A DNA stretch of 64,000 nucleotides from a virus (taxonomy: Duplodnaviria > Heunggongvirae > Uroviricota > Caudoviricetes): IMG/VR virus record IMGVR_UViG_3300005329_000001, one strand, 5' to 3'. This document shows, piece after piece, positions 1-9,764 of this stretch (position 1 is its first letter; every line of letters begins with the position of its first letter). The notes under the pieces are model-generated. The model did no database searches. It had not been told where the DNA came from and saw only the letters and a program-made list of their open reading frames with translations. Both the position numbers and the translations under genes were made by a program.

Positions 1-1
1 G

Positions 2-457
2 GATGACAGTATCAAGGCGTACATGCTCTCGTTCGTCGAGACTGCCGAGGGACGGTTCGTCTGTGTTCCACTGGCGGCAGGTGTTCTTCAGTTCCAAGAG
101 TATGCCGGCGAGACCGGGCCCGCGTCCAAGCTGAGTGTTGCGGTCGACTGGACGGTCTTCCACACCTATCGGCTCGAGCGCCGCCCGAGAGATGGAGTTT
201 ACCTCTACATCGACAACAAGCTGGCTCTCGTCATCCCGGACACGGCCCGCTACGCTTTCCCACAGACACAGCTCAGCCTTCCTGCTATAGCCTTTGGGCA
301 GTTCTCTCAGGAAGGAGCAGAGACCGTGTGGAAGTTCGTCAGAGGCTCCTTCGGATCTGGCTACGAGATTTCCACGATTCTCGATCGGCCGGAGAGCGAG
401 CTGAACAAGAGACTCAACAACGTCCGGGCAACCATCGTGGTCAGCGCGGGGCCGTAG
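2..457 (+). CDS. 5'-truncated virion structural protein (baseplate region), function unknown
   Basis: Frame is open from the window edge (DDSIKAYM...) to TAG at 455-457. It is beta-rich and coupled to the baseplate-like gene at 459. Confidence 0.5.
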   Translation, partial: DDSIKAYMLSFVETAEGRFVCVPLAAGVLQFQEYAGETGPASKLSVAVDWTVFHTYRLERRPRDGVYLYIDNKLALVIPDTARYAFPQTQLSLPAIAFGQFSQEGAETVWKFVRGSFGSGYEISTILDRPESELNKRLNNVRATIVVSAGP

Positions 458-458
458 C

Positions 459-3400
459 GTGACAATCGATTACGCATACACAACCGAAGAAAGCCCTCAA
501 CTACCGACGGCCATCATCGCGCCCGGTGCCCAAGACACCGTTGTCGGCGCGGTTGTGCGGCTGGACGGCCGCTCCTCGTTCAGCCCCAGCGGACTTGATC
601 TGACCTATCGTTGGAGTTTCGTGCAGGTCCCGATCGGGTCGCAGGTCCTCGTTGACGGCTTCAAGGATCTCGAGGAAGACAGCTCCGTTGTCAGTTTTGC
701 GCCGGACATCATTGGCCTCTACGTCGTTCAGCTCATCGTGAACGATGGCAGCTTCGACTCGGCGCCGGTGACGAGCGACGTCAACACCAAGGTGGTCCTC
801 GTCCCCCAGAATCGCGGCATTGTCCCGGATATGTCTTGGGTCTGGAACTTTCTCTCAGACTTCTGGACAATCGTCGAGCAGCGGGAGCGGTTCGAGACCA
901 TCTGGTCGAGCGCGGTGCAGATCATCGCGGCCGAGCAACTGAAGCTCTGGCAGTACGACTACAACAAGAGCATTCAGGACATCCAAGAAGTCATCCAGAA
1001 GAGGTGGATTGCCTACGAACCGACAATCTCGCTCGATCCCACCCTGTCGTCCTTCGTGCTGGCGGATGACCAGGCAGGTCTGAATGCCTCGACCTTCCTC
1101 ATCGACACGGTGACGAACGGGGCGCAGTCGAATCAGCCGCTGCTGTCGAATCTCATCACCGTGCCGATCGGCGAGGGGAACTTCGCCCTGACGTCCTACG
1201 GTTCCGCCATCGCCACGGGCCGACTCCTGCAGCTCGGCGACCTCGCCTTCACCATGGCTCGCTCCGGCGTCGCTACCAGAGCCGTGAATACTGGAACGGA
1301 CGGGGCAACGTCTGGCTCGAGCGACGCATTCCAAGGCAGCGCCTTCTCTGCCGGCATGGCCGGCATGTTGTTGAAGATCCTGACCGGAGCGTCGGCTGGA
1401 ACGTACTTGATTGCGACGGTCACGAGCTCTTCTGTTATCCATGTCCAGACGCTCACCGGCGGGGCTGTCTCCTTCCCCTCGAGCCAGACGGGCCTGAATT
1501 ACTCGATCTTCCCGAAGACCCCAAACAACAACTCCTTCTTCGCAGACCAGAATCTCGTCCCAACGCGCCTCTCTGCGAGACCGTGGCGCTTCAGCCCAAC
1601 GCTTACGTCGACGCAGTACGACTTCGAAGAGCAGGGAGTGTCCCCGGGTGACATTCTCGTGGTTCAAATCACGAGAGTCGACAATCAGCTCTCGTCGACG
1701 CTGAATTTACAAGTCGTTTCGGTCGATAGGGGCAAGATCGGCTTCGTCTTCAATACGCTCGATCTCGTGGATGGAACTCCGGCTGGCGGGCTGTCGCGCG
1801 ACGATCAGATCAAGCTCTCGATGGACCTGCAGATTCCGGGACTCATGGTCTCGACGGTGGACAACTCCCTGGTGTATACGGACCAGGCCCTCATCATCAA
1901 GACGTTGGTGCAGAGTCCGTCCTTCAAGCGTCAGTTCTACGAGACGTCTCTCACGTCTGTCATTTCCATCAACCTGGGGCCATTCTCGGTCACCCTGACG
2001 CCGCGCTCTGTCATCAGGAACAGCAAGGTGCTCATCGACGCCTCGGTGAAGTCAATCCCATCGCTTCAGGAGTACATCAAGCAGCCTGTGGTGGTGCAGC
2101 AGGACGGAGAACTCTTCCAGGTGTCCGAGAGCAAGTTGTTCCCGCTCGACCACCCTCCGATCGTCGTTTACCAGAACGCCGACTACATCATCGACGATCA
2201 GAGCAACGTCACTGGTACGTGTGCGGTGACGAGTGGGTCTGATCTGGTCTCCGTTCCGTTTGGTGACCTGTTCGACCGAGACATTCGAGAAGGCGACACC
2301 ATCAACATCGAAGATGGCGTCGTTCAGAACGCTTTTCAGATCATCTCTGTCATCGATCCACAAACTCTTCGAGTCGCTCCTACGCCGGCGTTCACAGAGG
2401 CTGTGGCACCGTTCGTCATCTCCAGAGCTGTTCCTGGAACCTTCATCCGGTTCACCGAAGGGACGTTCAGTAAGACGAAGCCGGCGCCAAGTCGTCTTTG
2501 GGCGGAGGTCACCTTCTTCGACAACGAGGATTCGGTCGAGAACAACTTCGGCGTCCTCGTCGGTGTTCTTCGTTCTGACCTGTCTTCAGTCGGGGCGACC
2601 ATCTCCTACAAGAATGCTGTCGCTGGTCTGATGTACGCTCTGACGAACGGACCAACGGTGGCGAACCTGCAGCTCGCATCGCAGATCTTGCTCGGGCTCC
2701 CGTTCACGACCAACGCCGGAACCATCATCGAGATCGACCCGTCCTTCAAGACGAACGCGGACGGGTCACCTCTCGAGGGTCGTATTCTCATCGCCGCTGA
2801 AGATGTCCACGGCACGCCGTTGGGAATCACGAATATCTACTTCTACCCGCAAGGTCGACAGATCCCAGATCCTGCCAATCCAGGGAAGTGGCTGCCAGCG
2901 GACCCGGAGCTCTCCGGCATCGCTATCAATCCTGCGACTGGTGCAGAGTACACCGTCGGCGACCATGTGGATCGATTCGCGGCGTTGTCGAAGGGCACCC
3001 AGGTTCAGGACTATCTCACAACGCCGGACCTGCTCACCCAGGCTCTGAATCAGGGCAACACTGCGTTCGCGATTCAGCGTTACCACTCGTTCCAGCTCAT
3101 CGTGAACGCCGACATCACTACTGCTATCGATACGGACTTGGTGGCGCAGTTCATTAGGAGAGCCAAGCCGACGTACACCAAATTGGCTCTAGCACTCTCG
3201 AAGGCTCTGGAAGACACAGTTGAGGTCGAAGACTCGATGCTCTTCACGGGCACAGTCTTCTTGCACGACAATGCAAGTCAGAACCTTCCCATCTCGGTTG
3301 CGTTCGATCCGCAGAGCGTCGACGGAACGTACCTGAGTGCCGAAGGCGACATGTTCGCCTATTTGATGTATGGGACGGACCTGCAGACTACGCAGGGCAG

Positions 3401-4526
3401 CAAGAGCTTCGTCTCACCAACTGGCGGCTTCGCCTCCACTCTTCCATTCACGAATCACGAGACAAACTGGATTCCGCCGAACGCCCATTTCGAGACAGTG
3501 CTCCAGATCCTCTCTGGCCCCAACGAGGGTAGGTACATTGTCAGCAGCGCAACGAGCGACACGGCCATTCTCGTCCAGAATAACGACTTCGACGGCGACA
3601 CGTTCGAAGTGCAGACGTTGACGGGTCAAGAGTTCGCCATCTACCGGTATGTGGACTGCCGCGTCATTCGCAGCATGCCCATCACCTTCAACAGCACCAC
3701 GGTTGCGGTTACCACAGACCCGATCTTCACGGCGGACGTCTCGACGGGCGACTGGTTCGTCTTCAGGAACGGAACGACCTCGTACAGCCGGCGGTACACC
3801 ATCATCGCAGTCGATCCGGTGGCGAGGACTATGACGCTCTCGCCCGCCGTCATCGAGTCGATCTCTGGGTCGTTCACTGGAGCTGTGATGAGGCCTGGGC
3901 TCATCAACCAGCACTATGGCAGTGCGAATCCCGACGCGATGGTCAATGGCACCGGCGTCATCGGGCAGAACGTCTTCACTCTAAACGGCACGAGCGAGCT
4001 CGACTCTGTGCTCTTCATGCAGCCGGACGATGTCATCGTGAACGTCGCCGACTCCATGGAGTACGTCGTTGTAGACTTCGACCCGGACAACAAGAATGTG
4101 TATGTCCAGCCAGCCCTTGCCTCGACATCCATCATCGGGCGGCTCGAGCGGCAGGACCGTACAGAAGACACCATCTCGCTGGACGTCCTTGACCGGATGC
4201 CCAGCGATTCTCTATTCTTGGGCATCAGAAGAAGGTCCGTCGCGAGCGGTGGCTCTGGGCCGGATCTCACTACAACGAATGCCTCTGCAACTGTTTCTAC
4301 TGTCTCCGGCACCGACTTCGATGCGGACCTTGGGGTCCGTGGTGGAGACTATCTGATCGTGCTCGAGGGAGCAGATGCGACTCGAGACATTGGCTACGGG
4401 GCGGGCATCTTCCCTATCCTTGCCGTCTCAACGACGAGTCTTGTTCTTACTCAGCCACTCACAGTAACCAATGCCGCCCCGGGCATTCTCTACGGCGTCC
4501 AGCGCAGGAGCTCCAATGAGCGATAG
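459..4526 (+). CDS. Large baseplate wedge-like structural protein with N-terminal PKD-like domain and repeated beta-barrel modules
   Basis: N-terminal PKD-type signature (VRLDGRSSFSP...LTYRWSFVQVP...GLYVVQLIVNDG). The segments WSSAVQI...QYDYNKSI and FIRRAKPTYT resemble wedge proteins. About 6 repeats of G-D-x-(L/I)-x-I...G-x-(Y/F)-x-I-x-x-V. Tail gene context. Confidence 0.6.
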   Translation: MTIDYAYTTEESPQLPTAIIAPGAQDTVVGAVVRLDGRSSFSPSGLDLTYRWSFVQVPIGSQVLVDGFKDLEEDSSVVSFAPDIIGLYVVQLIVNDGSFDSAPVTSDVNTKVVLVPQNRGIVPDMSWVWNFLSDFWTIVEQRERFETIWSSAVQIIAAEQLKLWQYDYNKSIQDIQEVIQKRWIAYEPTISLDPTLSSFVLADDQAGLNASTFLIDTVTNGAQSNQPLLSNLITVPIGEGNFALTSYGSAIATGRLLQLGDLAFTMARSGVATRAVNTGTDGATSGSSDAFQGSAFSAGMAGMLLKILTGASAGTYLIATVTSSSVIHVQTLTGGAVSFPSSQTGLNYSIFPKTPNNNSFFADQNLVPTRLSARPWRFSPTLTSTQYDFEEQGVSPGDILVVQITRVDNQLSSTLNLQVVSVDRGKIGFVFNTLDLVDGTPAGGLSRDDQIKLSMDLQIPGLMVSTVDNSLVYTDQALIIKTLVQSPSFKRQFYETSLTSVISINLGPFSVTLTPRSVIRNSKVLIDASVKSIPSLQEYIKQPVVVQQDGELFQVSESKLFPLDHPPIVVYQNADYIIDDQSNVTGTCAVTSGSDLVSVPFGDLFDRDIREGDTINIEDGVVQNAFQIISVIDPQTLRVAPTPAFTEAVAPFVISRAVPGTFIRFTEGTFSKTKPAPSRLWAEVTFFDNEDSVENNFGVLVGVLRSDLSSVGATISYKNAVAGLMYALTNGPTVANLQLASQILLGLPFTTNAGTIIEIDPSFKTNADGSPLEGRILIAAEDVHGTPLGITNIYFYPQGRQIPDPANPGKWLPADPELSGIAINPATGAEYTVGDHVDRFAALSKGTQVQDYLTTPDLLTQALNQGNTAFAIQRYHSFQLIVNADITTAIDTDLVAQFIRRAKPTYTKLALALSKALEDTVEVEDSMLFTGTVFLHDNASQNLPISVAFDPQSVDGTYLSAEGDMFAYLMYGTDLQTTQGSKSFVSPTGGFASTLPFTNHETNWIPPNAHFETVLQILSGPNEGRYIVSSATSDTAILVQNNDFDGDTFEVQTLTGQEFAIYRYVDCRVIRSMPITFNSTTVAVTTDPIFTADVSTGDWFVFRNGTTSYSRRYTIIAVDPVARTMTLSPAVIESISGSFTGAVMRPGLINQHYGSANPDAMVNGTGVIGQNVFTLNGTSELDSVLFMQPDDVIVNVADSMEYVVVDFDPDNKNVYVQPALASTSIIGRLERQDRTEDTISLDVLDRMPSDSLFLGIRRRSVASGGSGPDLTTTNASATVSTVSGTDFDADLGVRGGDYLIVLEGADATRDIGYGAGIFPILAVSTTSLVLTQPLTVTNAAPGILYGVQRRSSNER

Positions 4527-5229
4527 AGTGAGGCACGGCGGTCACGACCTGGTGAGGGTGACCGACCAACTCAACTTTGGATTCTTCGACACCTCGAGAG
4601 GTACTCGAGAGCCGGCGAAGACCGTTATCTGCGCCCCAGAAAAGGAGCTCGTCCAGGTCGAGGGCTTCTTTTCCGCCGTGTGCCGAGAGCGTGGAAAGCT
4701 CGTCTATGGTACGAGGCGGGAGGGCAAGAACATCTGGACTCTGACCGGCCGTGAGTACCTGGCTCAGCTCATGAGCTACTCGGCCTACGGCACCTCAGCA
4801 CACGCCGGTGGAAGCTCGAACCCGGATACGCCGGCACGCGACGATCGCATTCGCTACTTTGGCTTCGGGACGGGAACGCAGCCGGAAGTGAGCTCAGTCT
4901 CGGCGCTCGTCAACCCGATCGCATTCGATGGCGGCGGTAACTTCCTGGCGTCGATCTCCCTGCCGACCTACCCGCTAGCACCAACCCGGACCACCGTCCA
5001 ATACAGCCGTACCTATACGGAGTTGGAGCTCTCGTTTGGCGGGACTGTCACGCTCACCGAGGCGGGCCTCTTCACAGACGGATCCCCGACGGCGAACTAC
5101 GCACCGAGGACGCGAGATGTTACTCTCGCAAATGCCTCTGCCCAAGCGCCGGACGCGTACAAGGCATTCGAGCCGCTGAGGAAGACGCAGAACTTCGTTC
5201 TCGATGTGAGCTGGCAGATCCGCTTCTAG
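4516..5229 (+). CDS. Tail collar / baseplate-fibre junction protein
   Basis: KNIWTLTGREYLAQL...IRYFGFGTG...TLTEAGLF...KTQNFVLDVSWQIRF is the typical tail-collar pattern. Start moved to ATG 4516, which overlaps the upstream stop. Confidence 0.65.
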   Translation: MSDRVRHGGHDLVRVTDQLNFGFFDTSRGTREPAKTVICAPEKELVQVEGFFSAVCRERGKLVYGTRREGKNIWTLTGREYLAQLMSYSAYGTSAHAGGSSNPDTPARDDRIRYFGFGTGTQPEVSSVSALVNPIAFDGGGNFLASISLPTYPLAPTRTTVQYSRTYTELELSFGGTVTLTEAGLFTDGSPTANYAPRTRDVTLANASAQAPDAYKAFEPLRKTQNFVLDVSWQIRF

Positions 5230-5237
5230 GAGAAGTA

Positions 5238-8200
5238 ATGGCGACCAACGTCGATCCTCGTTTCGCCCGCGGCAGCCTCAATGGCAATGCCTCTGTCCCG
5301 CGGCTGTCCAATCCGCAGATTCGCGGCAGTGTGCGAAGGAGCGACCCAGACGGCAGCCACGCCCAGCCGTTCTGGAGTGGGCTGAACGGCACCTCGCTGG
5401 TCGTCGAGGTTGGTACAATTGATGGTGGTATCCTCGCCACCGTCACTATCAACTTCACCAGCAACTTCTATTCGAATACCGTCACGACGGTGAATGCAGC
5501 GTCTCCGACCCACCTGAAGTGGCTCGAGTCGGATGGCTTCCCCTGCATCCAAGATCTGCACTCAGGGGCGAAGAACTACATCAAAATCACTGGAGGCACG
5601 GCGGCTCCCATCTTCGGGATGCCCGTGTTTCCGTCTCCAGGCGGCATGTCGCGAGCAGGCGACCTCCAGCCGGCTCCTGGCGATAAGACGCAGGCCAATC
5701 CGCAGACGACTGAGCTCCTGACCCACGATGAGAACCTGTCGACGGCCGCAGTGAATCGGGCAATCGTCGGCTCTCTTCAGGGCGTGGACCAGATTCTGTC
5801 GGCGCTGGACCGCGAAGTTGCGTGCTGGAGGACGATCGAGTTCACGGAAGACAGCTTCAGCGGAATGCTCGCTCCGACGAACGTGAACTCGGATCCCACC
5901 ATCGCCAATCTTCGCGTCCACACCGGCGCCATCGCTCAGGCCATCGCGGACGGGTACAGCTACGCCGACATCATCGAGATTCAGAACTCCTCTCGACAGA
6001 CGTACTACGTCACGAACCTCGGCACGACGAGCAAGGTCGTCCCGCTTGGGGTCTCGTACGGTGGCAACGGTTTCGCTCCGATCAGCGGTCCTATCACCTG
6101 GGGAAGCACCGGCAGTGGCATTCGGCCGGACACAACTGCTGCGGCGCAGTCTCTGAAACAAGCCTCGACGGCAATCACCAGTATCCAGGGATCGACGCTC
6201 ATTGCCTCAGGAGCGACCTTTCAGACGAACCGGATTCAGCCTGGCGACCATATCCTGATCTCTGGTGCCAACAACAACTCGCCACTCAACCATAATGGTG
6301 AATTCGTTGTCATCAACGTCGCATCTGAGACTGAGATCGAGGTGCGGCCTTTGGGCTACACCGAGTCAAAGATCGACCCGGCGAATGACGCCCCTCCGGC
6401 ACTGAACCAGAGCATCAATCCTGGTGAAGTCTACGGCAACATTTCAGTCTACATCGGCTGGGGCTTCCCACTTGGCGGGAAGACCGCGACTACGGCGGAT
6501 AGCTTTCGCATCTGGATCGGCCTTGGTGTGCTCACTGGCGGCACGAATGCGTGGGTTCGTCTCCCCATTGCGACGACCCTGCGCGAAGTCATCTCGAATG
6601 GCTTCCTCGAGAACCCCAACAGCTCTCACGACCCGCAGATCGCCTTCAAGAATCTGGCGAACGAGTTCACCCAGAGGAATCAGTTTGACGCTGGAATCAC
6701 GCTTCCAACCCTTCCTCTGAATGGGGGCTTCGCGCTCGCCTCCCGCGTGCTTGCTCCAGTCACGGGCAACGATGACCCGTTCTTCGTCTTGATGATCGAG
6801 ACGGACGGTGTCGACCTGTTTGGCGCCAACTATCCGATGCGCGTGTACTTCAATCGCACAACGGGTGGCATCACGATCACGACCAACTCGAAGCACAACC
6901 GCTCTACCGACGTCTGGACCAAGGACGTCAACGGCACGGCCGCCAGCAGAATGGATATGAATCCTGCTGGCATAAAATACTTCCAGCAGACGGCATCGGA
7001 CAACTCGCTCATCACTTCCGACGCCTGGCCAGAGATTCCATTCATCATCAGCGCAGCGTCATTGAGCTCTACAACGGGCGGTGCGACACCTCGCTTCGAG
7101 CTTCCTCCGACAAATGAGGGGAGCGGTGCGATCCGTCTTAGCCTTTTGTTTGAGTCCAACACGGTCGGCTCGGTAGGCAAGACTCGACTGTACGTCAACG
7201 CTCAGGCCACTGCGTATGTATTTACTACCAACGCTGTCTGGGATTGGACGTCGCAAACGTGGAGCAAGGACAGCGGTAGTGCCCGGTCGACGAAATTCAC
7301 AATCGGAGTTGCCGCTGGCCTGTCTGGATTCGAGTGCCGCGGCCGAAGCACCGCAGGTGGCACGTGGAACGACAGCTCTTGGGATGAGATCGCTCTCTCC
7401 CAATTCGACGCGAATATCGGGTACACCATCAAGGGAATCGTCTCCCTAATTTCGGTCGGAACCCCGAATACGCCACTTCTGTTCTTCGACGGCATCAATG
7501 ACCAGCTCCTGTCGAAGGTCAATGACAACGTCGGCGGCAGCATCAGGGTCTACAACCGCTCGAGCAGTGGCATTGTAATTTCTGCGAACTGCTCTTGGTC
7601 GACGGGCGGCGGCGGAGTTTGGACGGCAGATACGCCAGGCAATGGCGGATCGGCGATCAAGCTCATCGGCAGCCAGGTCCAGTTCTTCTACAACACCGGT
7701 GGAACGACGTGGAACGACTCCCTCGTCGGTGGTGGTTGGACGGGCTACAACTTCCTGATCAACCCGACAGGTCTCGATCTTCCGCATTCGCTCGTCAACT
7801 TGGGACTCTCTCTTACTGGAGCGAGCGGGGCGCGTACCGCAAGAATCTCGGGCCCCACGTATGGTGCCGGAGAGGGTTCATCCCTCCTAGTCACGCTTCT
7901 CGAGGAGTGGGATCCTGCCGTTGGCGGTGCCAAGTCGCGCATCTATTCTGGCGATACGAACCTCGAGCGTCGGCACGTCATCAACGCTCGGTGGGACGGT
8001 ACGAACTGGAACCAGGACAACGCGGCGCTCGCTTCGTACTTTTACCAGTTCGGCAGCACGGAGAGAGTTGGCTTCAAGGCGGCGGGCTCATCCCCTTGGA
8101 CCGAGGCCAACTGGTCCATCGTCGACAGCCGAGATTTGTCTACTGGCAACCAGTTGGTGAAGTCGCTGAAGAGCGATCTCACACCTCTGTTCCGAGCACA

Positions 8201-8924
8201 GAACGCTGGAGGCAAGAATCGCTTTGCGCTTGGAGCGCACGGCTATCCGACCGGCTACACGTTCGATATCGCCGAGTACTGGGATCCTGTCCTAGTCAAG
8301 CGCTGGCTTTCGACCGGGGCATACCCGCGCGTCAGCCCGACATCGGGTAACCTGACTACGGCCGGTCAGCCAAGCACGTCTTGGCTGCAGGTTGCTGGCA
8401 CTCCGCTCGCCATGCTGAATAATGGCTGGGGCTGGGGCTGGAACTCGTATCTCGATCTGATCATCCCGTTCCACATCATGATGACCGATCAGGTGAACGG
8501 TCATTTCGAGATGATCATGGACGACAATACCGGAGGAGGAAAGATCATCCTCGGCTACAACTCCGGCTCCATCGGTGGAACCGGATGGCAGGTGTTCTCG
8601 TCGCGAGACGTCTCTCACAACAACATTGCGAGTTTCGGCTCAGCACTTACGAACAGTGCCTGGACGAAGGTCCAGTTTGAGTACCACGGCAGTGCTACAG
8701 CCATCGGGACGGCAAACGGTGCGGCGACAATCCGTGTCTACATTGGTGGTTCTCTTGCCGTCGAAATCATCAATAATCCGGGCGCGTTCATCTATATGCC
8801 GGACAACGACAACGTGGTGAACGAGATTCTCATCAATCTATCGCGCTCCAGTGGAACCGGTAATATCAACCTCGGACCGATGCGCTTCTCATACAACTAC
8901 CTTGATGACAGCATCAACGGCTGA
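5238..8924 (+). CDS. Tail fibre / receptor-binding protein with four internal ~120 aa repeats
   Basis: 1228 aa, rich in G/S/T/N/W. Follows the collar gene. Recurring R(V/L/I)Y...N(A/C/S)xW...W..D units. Confidence 0.6.
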   Translation: MATNVDPRFARGSLNGNASVPRLSNPQIRGSVRRSDPDGSHAQPFWSGLNGTSLVVEVGTIDGGILATVTINFTSNFYSNTVTTVNAASPTHLKWLESDGFPCIQDLHSGAKNYIKITGGTAAPIFGMPVFPSPGGMSRAGDLQPAPGDKTQANPQTTELLTHDENLSTAAVNRAIVGSLQGVDQILSALDREVACWRTIEFTEDSFSGMLAPTNVNSDPTIANLRVHTGAIAQAIADGYSYADIIEIQNSSRQTYYVTNLGTTSKVVPLGVSYGGNGFAPISGPITWGSTGSGIRPDTTAAAQSLKQASTAITSIQGSTLIASGATFQTNRIQPGDHILISGANNNSPLNHNGEFVVINVASETEIEVRPLGYTESKIDPANDAPPALNQSINPGEVYGNISVYIGWGFPLGGKTATTADSFRIWIGLGVLTGGTNAWVRLPIATTLREVISNGFLENPNSSHDPQIAFKNLANEFTQRNQFDAGITLPTLPLNGGFALASRVLAPVTGNDDPFFVLMIETDGVDLFGANYPMRVYFNRTTGGITITTNSKHNRSTDVWTKDVNGTAASRMDMNPAGIKYFQQTASDNSLITSDAWPEIPFIISAASLSSTTGGATPRFELPPTNEGSGAIRLSLLFESNTVGSVGKTRLYVNAQATAYVFTTNAVWDWTSQTWSKDSGSARSTKFTIGVAAGLSGFECRGRSTAGGTWNDSSWDEIALSQFDANIGYTIKGIVSLISVGTPNTPLLFFDGINDQLLSKVNDNVGGSIRVYNRSSSGIVISANCSWSTGGGGVWTADTPGNGGSAIKLIGSQVQFFYNTGGTTWNDSLVGGGWTGYNFLINPTGLDLPHSLVNLGLSLTGASGARTARISGPTYGAGEGSSLLVTLLEEWDPAVGGAKSRIYSGDTNLERRHVINARWDGTNWNQDNAALASYFYQFGSTERVGFKAAGSSPWTEANWSIVDSRDLSTGNQLVKSLKSDLTPLFRAQNAGGKNRFALGAHGYPTGYTFDIAEYWDPVLVKRWLSTGAYPRVSPTSGNLTTAGQPSTSWLQVAGTPLAMLNNGWGWGWNSYLDLIIPFHIMMTDQVNGHFEMIMDDNTGGGKIILGYNSGSIGGTGWQVFSSRDVSHNNIASFGSALTNSAWTKVQFEYHGSATAIGTANGAATIRVYIGGSLAVEIINNPGAFIYMPDNDNVVNEILINLSRSSGTGNINLGPMRFSYNYLDDSING

Positions 8925-9496
8925 TGGACTTCACAACTCTTCATAGCTTCGGTGTGGAGCTGCTCAAAATCGCCGAGACGAAGAGCGAACGAGAGCTCTA
9001 CCAGCGCGTCAAGAAACAGTCTCCGGTCGAGGTGAAGAGGCTGGATGAGGCCGCTGAGTACGGCGGTGGCTACTTCGACCCATCAGGTGAAGGTCACATC
9101 GGCGTCTCGGACAAGAAGTTCGACGCCCTCGCTCATGAGGTTGGGCACGCCAAGAATCATCAGAAGATCTGGGGAAAGCTCATCCAGAGTGTTCCGGCTC
9201 GCCTTGCTTTCCAACTCGCTCCTGCTGCTGGCCTCGTTGCAGGCATGGCAGTAGCTAAAGGAAAGAAGTGGCCTCTGATCATCCCTGCAGCCGCGGTGGC
9301 GCCGATCCTCTTGGCAGAGGCTCTGGCGACCAACACGGGCCACAAGGTCTTGGAGAAGGTGAAGGCGAAGCCGGAGGAGGTGGAGAAGTACCGGACGAAC
9401 TTGCGCTCGGCCTTCTCCACCTACCTCCAGACTCCAATTGCTGCTGCGGCTACTGGAACGCTTGGCTACTTGCTGCAGCGGGCGACGGCAGCCTAA
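8924..9496 (+). CDS. Zn-dependent (HExxH) membrane-associated peptidase-like protein with N-terminal F-x-x-E-L-x-K-I-A leader
   Basis: ALAHEVGHAKN, a downstream candidate third ligand in LLAEALA, and hydrophobic helices. N-terminus reads HSFGVELLKIAE. Confidence 0.6.
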   Translation: MDFTTLHSFGVELLKIAETKSERELYQRVKKQSPVEVKRLDEAAEYGGGYFDPSGEGHIGVSDKKFDALAHEVGHAKNHQKIWGKLIQSVPARLAFQLAPAAGLVAGMAVAKGKKWPLIIPAAAVAPILLAEALATNTGHKVLEKVKAKPEEVEKYRTNLRSAFSTYLQTPIAAAATGTLGYLLQRATAA

Positions 9497-9720
9497 CCAT
9501 CTCTCGCTGAGATCGCGACCTTCATGATCACGTCGAGCATCTTGTCTCTCGACCAGGCCGGTACCCCATTCACTACTGGAAGGGTGATGCCGAGCTGGGT
9601 GAGCAGTCCGTAGAGCTCCTGGTCGCTCATCGAGAGAAGCTGCTCGCTGGTGATCTCGGTGAAGTCTTCCGGCTCCTCCGTATTAGGGCGCCGCGGTAGA
9701 GCAACCTGGTCGGCCGGCAC
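9493..9720 (-). CDS. Hypothetical protein, start uncertain
   Basis: The frame looks coding from about 9780 to the stop at 9493. The nearest start codon is GTG at 9720, with a weak SD. Confidence 0.4.
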   Translation of the reverse strand: MPADQVALPRRPNTEEPEDFTEITSEQLLSMSDQELYGLLTQLGITLPVVNGVPAWSRDKMLDVIMKVAISARDG

Positions 9721-9764
9721 AGGATAGTTGCTGACCTGTACCGGCTTCTCGGGCTCTGGCGGCG

